Shown: piece after piece, positions 1 to 11,545 of the stretch
Layout of the letters: every line of letters begins with the position of its first letter
How positions within the stretch are numbered: position 1 is the stretch's first letter
The notes under the pieces: model-generated
Database searches by the model: none
Told to the model about the DNA's origin: nothing
The model's input: only the letters and a program-made list of their open reading frames with translations
Assembly (NCBI RefSeq): GCF_001194135.2
Contig: NC_069003.1
Location: forward strand, 7,500,835-7,564,834
Length of the DNA: 64,000 nucleotides
Source of the DNA: Octopus bimaculoides
Lineage: Eukaryota
Direction: 5' to 3'
Position numbers and translations under genes: made by a program

Positions 1-281
1 CATATTCAATATAAAGTATTAGTCCATTTTTAATAAGATATAGTTTAATCTTCGCTGCAATCTAAACCAATATTTCATTCGAGATATGAGCATCTTCATA
101 ATATTCTTTCCTTCCACTACACCGAAATAAATAAATAAAGTAACATTTCTTCTTTGCATTAACTGTTTTTACTAAGAATAATTGCAGGCACAGGTGTAGC
201 TGTGTAGTAAGAATCATGCTTCCCGACCACATGGTTTCAGGTTCAGTCCCACTGTGTGGCACCTTAAGCAAGTGTCTTCTA

Positions 282-408
282 CAGGGTGTCCACAAAGTCT
301 GGGTACATGGGGATGAACACATATTTTAAGAAATTATTATTTCTTATATTTAATTGTTTATGTTACGATTTTATTTACTCCATGTACCCAGACCTTGTGG
401 ACACCCTG
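282..408. mobile_element. Tc1/mariner-type MITE (127 bp) inserted into a SINE
   Basis: TIR CAGGGTGTCCACAAAGTCTGGGTACATGG and CCATGTACCCAGACCTTGTGGACACCCTG; TA duplicated at 280-281 and 409-410. Confidence 0.9.
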
Positions 409-483
409 TACTATGACCCCAGGTAGATCAAAGCCTTGTGAGTGAATTTAGGCACACAGAAACTGAAAGAAACATACCGATAT

Positions 484-690
484 CATGTATGTGTGTGTAT
501 GTATGTATGTATGTATGTATGTGTGTGTATGTATGTACGTATGTATGTATGTATGTATGTATGTATGTATGTATGTATGTGTGTGTATGTATGTATGTAT
601 GTATGTATGTCTGTATGTACATATGCATGTATGTACATATACATACATGCATATGTACATATACATACATGCATATGTACATACATGTGC
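484..690. repeat. (TATG)n/(TG)n compound microsatellite
   Basis: Direct reading; SINE tail. Confidence 0.95.
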
Positions 691-721
691 CATACCACAT
701 AAAAAGCACCCATGTCTGTGC

Positions 722-815
722 CATGTATAAAGTACCCAGTATAAAAGTACCCAGTATAAAAATACCCAGTATAAAAGTACCCAGTATAAAGTACCCATGT
801 ATAAAGTACCTAGTA
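722..815 (+). repeat. 15-bp minisatellite (TATAAAAGTACCCAG) x ~6
   Basis: Direct reading. Confidence 0.9.
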
Positions 816-2800
816 CACTCTGTAAAGTGGTTGACATTAGGAAGGGCATCCAGCCCTAGAAAATATGCCAAAGCAGACAATTAGAACCCCTTTGCAGCTG
901 TCTGGCTTGCCAGCTCCTATCAAACTGTCCAACCCATGCCAACATGGAAAACGGATATTAATGATGATGATGATGATGATGATGGTGATGCTGATGATGA
1001 CGACAACAACAACGATGATGATGATGTAATGCTAAAGGCACCCAAAGTATTGGGGAGTGGTGGTGGGGTCTGTTAAAATTTTTTATTGAAACTTCTATTA
1101 AAAACTTCTATTTCCCACCCATTTATTCCTAGCAACCAAGGTATGTAATAAACCTGTTACTAGACATATGAGATTTAACAATTCCTATCTATTCACTGGT
1201 TTAATTAAAAAAAAAACAACAAAACACCTCTTAAATTGTCAATTATCCAGGTAACCTTGTAAAATATGTCCCTTGAAGAGATACAATTCATAATTGTTAG
1301 TAACAAGGACATTTTGTCTTAATCTGGTGATTTATTAGCTGGGAGGTGATAGCTATTGGTACTAAATTCATCAATGATTTTTGAGAAGTAAGTAACAAAC
1401 CACTCCTGAGAATTTTCCATTCTTTGAATCACTTAAAGATACCGAAATCTTCAGTGGAAAACCAATGATCCAGTTATAAGACACCAGATTTACTTTAATT
1501 AGCAGCCACTTCTGTTGAGCATTTTATCTTCTAAACACTTCCTAAGAAATCGATCAGCCAGCTTTTCCTTTAGATTAAACTCCAAGACAATTTTTCCATT
1601 TTCTTACATGAGAATAAGAACTTCTCTTACAACATCTTGCTTAGAACGAAACCTCTAGCATCTCTGTTGAGATATGGTGATATTTTTAGCTTCCATTCCA
1701 AATGCAGGCCTGACTGTGCAGTTCGGAAGTTTCTTTTATCTCTTATGGTTTACTTGTTTCAGTTGTTAGATTGTGGCCATGCTGGGGCATCGCCTTGAAG
1801 AATTTTACTTGATTGGATCAACCCCGGTACTTTCTTTAAGCCTGATACCTATTTTATCGTTCTCTTTTGCCAAATTGCTCAGTTACGGGAATGTAAACAC
1901 ACCAACACCGGTAGTGGTGGGGGCAAACACAGACACAAAGACAGACACATATATCATCATCATCATCATCATCATCATTTAACATCCACTTTCCATGCTG
2001 GCATGGGTTGGATGGTTTGACAGGAGCTAGCAAGCCAGAAGACTGCACCAGGCTTCACTGTCTTTATTGGCATGGTTTTATGGCTGGATGCCCTTCCTAA
2101 CAGCAACCACCCCATAAAATGCTTTTTACATTGTACTAGCATAGGCAAGGTCAGTTTTGGCATGGTTTTTACAGCTGGATGCCCTTCCAAATTCCAGCCA
2201 CTTTATATTATTATTATTATTATTATCATTATTATTATTATTATTATTATTATCATTATTCAGTAGTTTTATTTTTATAACGTGCTTTCACTGCACTACC
2301 GAGCGCAGCTCTGTGTGCCTTGGNNNNNNNNNNNNNNNNNNNNNNNNNNNNNNNNNNNNNNNNNNNNNNNNNNNNNNNNNNNNNNNNNNNNNNNNNNNNN
2401 NNNNNNNNNNNNNNNNNNNNNNNNNNNNNNNNNNNNNNNNNNNNNNNNNNNNNNNNNNNNNNNNNNNNNNNNNNNNNNNNNNNNNNNNNNNNNNNNNNNN
2501 NNNNNNNNNNNNNNNNNNNNNNNNNNNNNNNNNNNNNNNNNNNNNNNNNNNNNNNNNNNNNNNNNNNNNNNNNNNNNNNNNNNNNNNNNNNNNNNNNNNN
2601 NNNNNNNNNNNNNNNNNNNNNNNNNNNNNNNNNNNNNNNNNNNNNNNNNNNNNNNNNNNNNNNNNNNNNNNNNNNNNNNNNNNNNNNNNNNNNNNNNNNN
2701 NNNNNNNNNNNNNNNNNNNNNNNNNNNNNNNNNNNNNNNNNNNNNNNNNNNNNNNNNNNNNNNNNNNNNNNNNNNNNNNNNNNNNNNCATTATTATTATA

Positions 2801-3420
2801 GACGTTGCACAGTATACAATACCATAAGGTTGTTGATTGAAGATATTGTGTCTACCGGGGATTTGTACTGTTTGTCAAGTCACAATAAGGACCTCAGACA
2901 GACATTACTTTACGCAATATGCGTGCAGTTCCAAGTAATGCCAACTTTTGCAATACATCTAGATTGTAGGGTATCTCTAAAGTTTACAGATGTTTTTTCA
3001 GATTCGGGTGGTATTGAACCCAATGATCCAATGACAATAGGGATAACCTTTATGTTCGATTCTCGTAGTTGCCACATCTTAGTGATCTCAATTCTCAGTT
3101 CTCCATATTTATCAGCCTTTTCTATTTCTTTCATGATGATATGTTGATCTCCTGGCTCTACGATATCAATTATTAGGCACTCTTGTTTGTCCCTCCTAAA
3201 GGTTACTATATTTGGCCTTCAACACTCTAATACCTTGTCTGTCTGGAAGTCAAAGCCCCAGAGGATTTTTGCCTTCCTCTTACCTTTTCATTAGATTTTC
3301 AGGTGTATGTTGGTTCCAAGCATCTATAATCTCATATCCACACTTATGGCATGGTAGCCAGTGGAGGCTTTGGGCTACCTTGTCATGTCTACACTTGAAC
3401 TCTTTCTGTGCACAAGAGTA
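2801..3420 (-). mobile_element. 5'-truncated non-LTR retrotransposon with restriction-like endonuclease (R4/Dong-like), degenerate
   Basis: Frameshifted translation RHDKVAQSLHW...ILWGFDFQTDK...LIIDI...KEIEKADKYGELRIEITKMW...IVIGSLG...LGTARILRKV*; (ATT)n at the 3' boundary. Confidence 0.85.
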
Positions 3421-3439
3421 TTATTATAGTAGAAGATTG

Positions 3440-3996
3440 TAATCTTGCTTTTATCACATGCTTTCACCTCACGCCTGTGTGCCTTGGGTATGTGCTGTGG
3501 TTTGTTGTGGTGTTCTTATTTTCACTGTATTGAAAGTGTTTTACGTAGGATGTATACGATGTCTAATGGTGCAATTTTCTGTATGTTATATATATTTGTA
3601 AGTCCTGGTGTTTTTGTTATGTATTTGTCTGAATATTTTTTTATTATACCTAAGGCACCTACTATGATAGAAATTGTTTCTGTTTTTAGACTCCACATTC
3701 GAGTTACCTCTATTTCCAGATCTTTGTATTTTGAAAGTTTCTCCACTTTTTTTTAGAGAAACGTCATCTGTTGGTATTGATACATCGATTAGAAAGCTAT
3801 TTTTTTTCTTGGTGATCTCTGACAACTATATCCAGCCTATTAGCCTTAATTTCTCTATCTGTGTGTATTGGCATATTCCCGAGTACGATTGCTTTCCCAT
3901 TTTCTGTGTCCTTTTCTGGCATGTGCCTATACCATCCCTTTTCTGTTGTTATTCCATAGTGTTGGCATAGCTTCCAGTGTATATAGGTCCCAACTC
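3440..3996 (-). mobile_element. Second, distinct 5'-truncated RLE non-LTR retrotransposon
   Basis: YIHWKLCQHYG...IHTDREIKANRLDIVVRD...FLIDVSIP...EKLSKYKDLEIEVTRMW...IIVGALG; the 5' end abuts (ATT)n at 3997-4045. Confidence 0.88.
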
Positions 3997-4044
<48 letters not shown>

Positions 4045-4158
4045 CATTATGGTATATCGAATGTACATGTGCCAAATGTCATGATGAAACCTGTTCTTGT
4101 CAACTAGTAGTCTCGTTATAAATAGTTAAATTAATTGCAACAATCCAGTAAATCTTAC

Positions 4159-4220
4159 CTTTAGTACTCGTACAACTTGTAATTAATAAATGATCAGGGT
4201 CAGACAAAGATTTATTACTG
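4159..4220 (-). CDS. Candidate exon of the same unannotated gene (SNKSLSDPDHLLITSCTSTK)
   Basis: Strong polypyrimidine tract + TAG acceptor, phase 2 compatible with the 6519 donor; donor G|GTAAGA. Confidence 0.5.
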
Positions 4221-4394
4221 CTAAAATAGAGTGAAGAGAGAGGAGAGAAAAGAGCGAGGGAGAGAGAAAGAGAAGGAGTGAAAGAAAGAGAAAGAGAGAA
4301 AGAAGGAGAGAGAGAGGTGGGGAGAAAAATACTGTATTATTTACTAAGCTGAGAATCACAATCGTAATTTTGGTTTCAGTACTACAAACACGAA

Positions 4395-4546
4395 ATCATC
4401 AATATCATCATTATCATCATCAATGTCATCATCATCATTATCATCATCATAATTGTTGCCTTCATCATCTTCATTGGCGTTGCCATCATCATCATCATCA
4501 TCATCATCATTAACATCATCATTAATGTCATCATCGTCTTCATCAT

Positions 4547-4591
<45 letters not shown>

Positions 4592-4707
4592 TACCATCAT
4601 CATCATCATCATCAACATCATCACCGTCACCGTCATCGTCATCATCTCCATCATCATCATCATCATCATCGTCGTCGCCGTCGTCATCGTCATCATCATC
4701 ATCATCA
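4395..4707. repeat. (CAT)n compound microsatellite
   Basis: Direct reading; continuous with the family C tail at 4708. Confidence 0.95.
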
Positions 4708-5819
4708 TGGTTTAACTTCTGTTTTCCATGCTGGCATGGGTTGGACAGTTTGACAGAAGCCAGTAGGCCAGAGGTCCAGTCTTCCTCTGCTTTGTTTGGT
4801 ACGGTTTCTACAGCTAGATGCCATTCCAAATGCCAATCACTCTAAAGAGTGTACCGGATGCTGCAGGGTTATCAAGAACTCACAGGACAAGACTCCTTCA
4901 ATTAAGCAGGGAAGTAATTCAAAACAATTAAGCAATAGAGTAGGCATTGATGAGGAATCTGCAACTACCAGACGAAACCTGTCCACTGCTATTAGATTTC
5001 CTCAGCATGGAAAACGGACGTTAAACGATAATGATGATGAAGACGATATATACATATATGTATGCATGTATATATATATATATTTTAGTGCGATGGTAAC
5101 ATACTTGTCGTGAAAACAAAGAGGTGTGGGTTCAAGTCCCACGTGTACGGGAAAACCTACTTTTTCCGTCGAGGGCTTATATGCTCCATTATTAGTCCAT
5201 TTTCTTTAGTCAATGTGTGGTGATNNNNNNNNNNNNNNNNNNNNNNNNNNNNNNNNNNNNNNNNNNNNNNNNNNNNNNNNNNNNNNNNNNNNNNNNNNNN
5301 NNNNNNNNNNNNNNNNNNNNNNNNNNNNNNNNNNNNNNNNNNNNNNNNNNNNNNNNNNNNNNNNNNNNNNNNNNNNNNNNNNNNNNNNNNNNNNNNNNNN
5401 NNNNNNNNNNNNNNNNNNNNNNNNNNNNNNNNNNNNNNNNNNNNNNNNNNNNNNNNNNNNNNNNNNNNNNNNNNNNNNNNNNNNNNNNNNNNNNNNNNNN
5501 NNNNNNNNNNNNNNNNNNNNNNNNNNNNNNNNNNNNNNNNNNNNNNNNNNNNNNNNNNNNNNNNNNNNNNNNNNNNNNNNNNNNNNNNNNNNNNNNNNNN
5601 NNNNNNNNNNNNNNNNNNNNNNNNNNNGACAGTGATGCAAGCAATAATGTGTTCATTTCCAATCAACCGTGAAAGCATGTCTGGCCATGGGGAAATTATT
5701 ACCTTGCTCGGAAACAACAAATGGAGGCTGGCGAGAAAAAGGGGGCAGCAATCTGAAGCAAGATCTGATTGAATGAATCCTGTGTGGCATCATGCAGGCA
5801 TGGGAAAGTGGACATTAAA

Positions 5820-6046
5820 ATGATGACGATGACGATGACAATAATAAAGATGATGATGATGATGATGAGGAGGAGGAGGAGGAGGAGGAGGTGAGGAAGG
5901 AAAAGGGAATGAGGAGGAAGAGATGGAGGAGAAAGAGAAGGAGGAAAAAGAGGAGGAGGAAGGGAAGGGTAGGAAGAGGAGGAAGGGAAGGAGGGGAGAA
6001 AGAGAATGGGAGGAGAAGGGAAGATGACAACAATGATGATGATGAC

Positions 6047-6087
<41 letters not shown>

Positions 6088-6352
6088 GTAGAGGAGGAGG
6101 AGGACAATGACAATGACAATGATTATGACAACAACAACAGCAATGATTGAGGAAGATGATGTTGATGACAACAATGATGAATGATGACGACGACGACGAC
6201 GATGATGTTGAGGATGATGATGACAATGATGATGGCAATGACAAGGATGATGATGACGATGATGATGATGAAGACGATGACGATGATGACAACAATGATG
6301 ACAATGACGACAACAACAGCAACAATGACGATGATGATGATGATGATGTTGG
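5820..6352. repeat. (GAT/GAC/GAG)n compound microsatellite
   Basis: Direct reading. Confidence 0.95.
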
Positions 6353-6518
6353 TGACAAGAGAAAAACCAGATTCGTGGAAATAGATGTTGTAGGAAAATA
6401 TTCAAATAATCATGTTTTTTGGGGGGGGTTTTCTCTCTTTTGTTTTTTTTGCTTTTTGTCCACCACCACCGCCACCCACCCTACCACACCCCCACCCCTC
6501 AACAATTTCCATGCTTAC

Positions 6519-6710
6519 ACATCTTGCTGATAGCAACTTTGGAAACAAAATGGTTTGCAATTTCCATAGTCAATACAATCCATTTTGTTGCCGTTACCAT
6601 GGTAGCAATGAAATCCATTTGGACTCTTAGGGAACCATTCATTCTTCTCCTTTGCAGTAAACATCACACTACCTTCTCGTCTGCTGCAACGTTCCAAAAT
6701 GGTAGAATTC
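6519..6710 (-). CDS. Candidate Cys-rich exon, possibly part of a divergent C-type lectin-like domain
   Basis: 192-nt phase 2-2 open exon (TTGCAG| ... GT|GTAAGC) of unique sequence between two microsatellites: NSTILERC...WFPKSPNGFHCYHGNGNKMDCIDYGNCKPFCFQSCYQQD. Confidence 0.55.
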
Positions 6711-6818
6711 CTGCAAAGTTACTAACATGTGAGGTTTTACAACTGACTTTGTGTGCATTTGTCACTTTGCTTTGCTGTATGCTCACCTACATGCACATAT
6801 GCATGCGTAGGTGCACAC

Positions 6819-7232
6819 ATCATCATCATCACCACCACCAGTACCATCAACACCACTACCACCATCATCACCACTACTGCCACCATCATTGTTGTCGTTG
6901 TTGTCGTCACCCCCCCACTGCCATCACCACTACCACTGCCACAACTACCACCACCACTACCACCATCACTGCAGTCACTATCACCACCCACCACCACCAC
7001 CACCACCATCATCATCATCCTCACCACCACCACCTCCACCACCATCACCACCACCACCATCACCACCATCATCATGACCACCATCATCATCATCATCACC
7101 ACCACCACCACCACCACCACCATCACCATCACCACTATCATTATCACCACTACCACCATTATCAACATCATCATTGTCACCACCACCACCACCATCACTG
7201 CTATGACCATCACTACCACCACCAACATCACC
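6819..7232. repeat. (CAC/CAT)n compound microsatellite
   Basis: Direct reading. Confidence 0.95.
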
Positions 7233-7233
7233 A

Positions 7234-7975
7234 AAATGAACTGTGCCCTCTGGCCATCAATTAATCATACAATACACCCATGGAACAGAAGCTGCACACC
7301 ATACAAATAGGGAAAAATCTACAGAAATGAACCGTGTCCTCAGCACCTCATGCCCCTTACAATTAAACATACATTATATCACAGTACACATGCTGCACAC
7401 AGAAATAATGAAAGTTACAAAAATGAACTGTGCCACTGAGCCCTCAATTAATTGTACAGTATACCATTGCACACAAGGTGCACACCTTAGAAATAGTCCT
7501 TTCTCTAAAGGCATAAGGGCTGAAATATTTGGAGGAGGAGCTAGTTAATTATATTGACCCCAGTATGCAAGTAGTACTTATTTCATCAACCCTGAAAGAA
7601 TGAAAGGCAAAGGTGACTCTGGCGGAATTTGAACTCAGAACGTAAAAATGAATGAAACGCTGTTAAGCATTTTGCCACCTTGAAAATTATACAGAAATAA
7701 ACTGTGCCCTCTTCTCCCCTATTCAACTTACAGTATATCACAGACTGCAGGCTGCTCATTGTTAAAATAGTTAAAATCTAGAGAAATTAACTCTGATCCC
7801 CTGGCCCTCAATTAATCACACATTATACCATTGCACGGAGGCTGCACATTGTAGAAATAACAAAAATCTACAGAAATGAATGTGCCCTCTGCTCCTCCAA
7901 TTAAACTTACAGTAATATCACAGCATGTAGGCTGCATGCTATGGAATATAGCTCAAATCTACAGAAATAACTCTA
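7234..7975 (+). repeat. Diverged ~90-bp tandem repeat, at least 7 units, interrupted by a SINE
   Basis: Recurring CAGAAATGAACTGTGCCCTC...CAATTAA...CAGT...GCTGCAC near 7234, 7325, 7421, 7695, 7784, 7875, 7965. Confidence 0.8.
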
Positions 7976-8762
7976 CGCTACTCTAACATAACATTACGCA
8001 TGCTGACATTCCAACAAAGATATCAGAAATGTTTGCGTATTGTATCATTACGGAGGTTTCTTTTCAATGGAAATCATTGATTTAACCAAACATTATCATT
8101 ATCTGTCAAAGATTTATCTTTGTTTTTACTTTTCTGTTCCTTTCTCTCTCTCCCTCATCTCTTTTCCTTTTTCTTTCCCTTTTAATTCCTCTTCGTAACA
8201 TTCCCCTATCTACAAATATGATTGATGGTCTTCGAAATCGGCAGTCAACAACAAAAGTGGTTTTCTCCAATAACAGATTTCATATCAGTTTCTTTCTTAA
8301 CGAAATTACACAGTTTGAGGAAAACATGAAATCCTAATACGTCATTAGCAGTTAGCACATAAGGGGTCTTTTTTGTTTCCGTTTTGTTTTATTTTTTGTT
8401 TTCGTTATTTTATTTCTTTTTGTTTTTTTTTGTTTTCGCTATTTTTCTTTTACCTTTGTTTCGTGTTATTGAATTGGACAAATGTAATGAAGTGCACCGA
8501 AGTGCAGGGAAATGCAGTGAAGTGCAGTGAAGTGCATCAGTGATTCAAGTTCAAAATATCAGTCATGCATGGGTGAATGCACATTAACACAAATACAATC
8601 ACACAAATACTAATACATACACACACGCACACATAAATATGTGTGTGTGATTGTGAGAGTAGGTATATGTGCACATATGTGTGTGTGTATATATTTATAT
8701 ATATATATATATGCACATAATCATGTATATGTGTATGTTTATATACATACATACATGCATGC

Positions 8763-8803
<41 letters not shown>

Positions 8804-9227
8804 NNNNNNNNNNNNNNNNNNNNNNNNNNNNNNNNNNNNNNNNNNNNNNNNNNNNNNNNNNNNNNNNNNNNNNNNNNNNNNNNNNNNNNNNNNNNNNNNN
8901 NNNNNNNNNNNNNNNNNNNNNNNNNNNNNNNNNNNNNNNNNNNNNNNNNNNNNNNNNNNNNNNNNNNNNNNNNNNNNNNNNNNNNNNNNNNNNNNNNNNN
9001 NNNNNNNNNNNNNNNNNNNNNNNNNNNNNNNNNNNNNNNNNNNNNNNNNNNNNNNNNNNNNNNNNNNNNNNNNNNNNNNNNNNNNNNNNNNNNNNNNNNN
9101 NNNNNNNNNNNNNNNNNNNNNNNNNNNNNNNNNNNNNNNNNNNNNNNNNNNNNNNNNNNNNNNNNNNNNNNNNNNNNNNNNNNNNNNNNNNNNNNNNNNN
9201 NNNNNNNNNNNNNNNNNNNNNNNNNNN

Positions 9228-9398
9228 CACATATAGAAAAATTAATATTTAAAAGCACAATAAATGAGTATAATATAAAGTAAAGTAAATATCATAAGAT
9301 AAATATAATGATTATATTTATTATATTTATCTTATATTTACTTTACTTTATATTATACTCATTTATTGTGCTTTTAAATATTAATTTTTCTATATGTG
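9228..9398. repeat. Near-perfect ~80-bp-arm AT-rich inverted repeat abutting a gap
   Basis: CACATATAGAAAAATTAATATTTAAAAGCACAAT... versus ...ATTGTGCTTTTAAATATTAATTTTTCTATATGTG; one 3-nt indel. Confidence 0.9.
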
Positions 9399-9459
9399 AT
9401 AGTGGATTTTCATCAATGAGTTCTTGAAACTTGGTTATTTTCCTCAAAACTATATATTT

Positions 9460-9493
<34 letters not shown>

Positions 9494-9883
9494 CAGAGAT
9501 AGATATAGATGTAGATAGATATGCTTGATGAAGCATACACATAGTGATGGTGGAAAGCTTGAGAGTCATGGAGATTATGAATAATCTTAAACAATATCTT
9601 ATGAATATAAAAAGGTCCTTATTAATGAGCATGTGGGATGCAGAAACATATGTCGTGATACATTATTGAAGCCTCTAAATTTCAATCTGCAAGTCATTAT
9701 CGTATATCAATATATTTTTCCGAAGACGAAAGGAACTCTGCCTGTATAACCATTCCCTCGGATTAAATTGGAACATGTGACTTTTGGATGGTAGCCAAAA
9801 TCAAGGAGCATTGGACCATTTAAGAGTACATTCTAAGGCATTCACCCCAAAAAATTAAATGGATATATCTATGTATGTGTGTG

Positions 9884-9919
<36 letters not shown>

Positions 9920-10434
9920 AGCTGTGTATATATATATATGCTGTGTATATATATATATATGTTTGTATATATAGAAACTCTGCCAAATTTAGATTGGAGC
10001 CTGGTGTTGCCATCCGGTTTCACCAGTCCTCAGTCAAATCGTCCAACCTATGCTAGCATGGAAAGCGGACGTTAAACGACGATGATGATGATGATGATGA
10101 TGATGATATATATACTTGAGAAGACCTGTCAAGCCAAATGAAGTCACTGACATGGCCAATGCTAGTATTGCAGTACCAATGCCAATGGTACATAAAAAAG
10201 CATCCTTTGAACTTTGGGGCTCACAGAGCTTGAAAGGGTGAAGAATGAAAGGCAAAGTTAGTAGGGTTTGAACTCACAACACCGTGAGTCAGAACAATTA
10301 CTGCCAACCAATTTATCTGTCATTTGAATGATTCTGCCAATTGGTTAGCTAATTCCTCAAAATATGTTGCCATAAAATACCTACTTAACAATAGCTTTTC
10401 CATGGAACTACTTCTCCAAAATATAAATTCTTAC

Positions 10435-10518
10435 ACTAACCAGTCAGTTATGAAAATAGGAATTGTATCAAAAGTATTGCAATAACTCCATGAAAAATCA
10501 TTGATTTCAATGACTTTT
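10435..10518 (-). CDS. Candidate upstream exon of the same gene (KVIEINDFSWSYCNTFDTIPIFITDWL)
   Basis: 84-nt phase 2-2 open exon, donor GT|GTAAGA, weaker AAG acceptor. Confidence 0.35.
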
Positions 10519-10985
10519 CTTGCCAAAAATCAGTAAAGATTTACAAAACCACAACAAAAGAAAGAAAAATGGTTGTTGCTTACCGATATGAGGCCATTAA
10601 TCAGCAGGATGAAATGGATTGGACTAGAGTCAAAATATCAACATCTGGTAGGAATACAAAGAGCTACAGGGAAGGCACGAACAAGGCAAGGCATATTGAT
10701 TTTAATTCCGAAGTAAGACATGAAAGTTGTTTTAAAGGAAAAAGTCTGATTTCCTACATAAAGATTCTTTTTCATGTAGATAACGCTACGTAAGGAACCA
10801 TTATTAAAAGTAATGTGAGAGATATAGCTAGATTCTGATGTCGGATAAGAAAGGGGGGTTTAGCTGGCATAATTTTTGGTGAAGATATTATTTATTGTAT
10901 CATTTAGAAAGGAATAAATAAAGGAAGGAAGGAAGGAAGGAAGGAAAGAAGAAAGTAGTAAAGATGCACAAACACACACTCACAT

Positions 10986-11032
<47 letters not shown>

Positions 11033-11329
11033 CATGCACACATGTCTGAGAAGGCATGCACCTCACACACATGCACACACATAAATATATGCATGTCCAT
11101 ACATAGATATATATATATATATATATGCATACATGTAACAATAGGTTCATATATATTCAATGATATTTCAATGGGAGCTCTTCATAAAAGGAGAGAAAAG
11201 AAGGTAACAATAAACTGGATGCAAAACCCAACAGAAGCAATGGCTATTGAGAACAAAACAATTTGTTTCAAGATATTCCAGAACATGTTTGCATAATGTT
11301 AGAACCTCGAACCTTTAATTCAAGCCATC

Positions 11330-11545
11330 ACTGTCTTCTCAGTTGTGTATAAATGGCAGAGAATGCCTGATTCAGGATAGCCCAAGTAATATTATAGGTC
11401 TGTTGGATTGTCTCTCCAAGCAGCCAAATATACTTTGACAAAGCAGTTGTGAAATGTTTTGGTAGGATGACAAGGACATATATATGTTGATAAACTCTTA
11501 TCTTGAAATGATACTCAGTCAGCCAAGTATAAGATTTCAGCACAA
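11330..11545 (-). mobile_element. Penelope-like element GIY-YIG remnant
   Basis: KSYTWLTEYHFKIR..QH....TALSKYIWLL....YNITWAIL resembles the PLE endonuclease pattern YIGLTE..FK.R..H...TALSKYIW.L...YNI.W.IL. Confidence 0.55.

Noticed and set aside
186-280. tRNA-like A/B boxes at SINE heads (also 13195, 31430-31490, 42728, 37470-37500)
   Set aside because: No complete cloverleaf, and they continue into SINE bodies; not tRNA genes.
428-884. ORFs rich in HTYI, MYVC or YIYI repeats here and throughout (e.g. 12485, 14243, 41994, 44767)
   Set aside because: These are translations of (TATG)n, (CA)n and (TA)n microsatellites, open in many frames on both strands, with no splice or homology support.
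1240-1720. Non-repetitive-looking stretch that might be coding
   Set aside because: Stops in all frames; likely an old TE remnant or UTR.
4356-7310. Poly-Asp, poly-His, poly-Ser and poly-Thr ORFs (also 26926-27306, 55040-55378) resembling acidic biomineralisation or His-rich proteins
   Set aside because: They coincide with trinucleotide tracts attached to retroposon tails, and are open in several frames.
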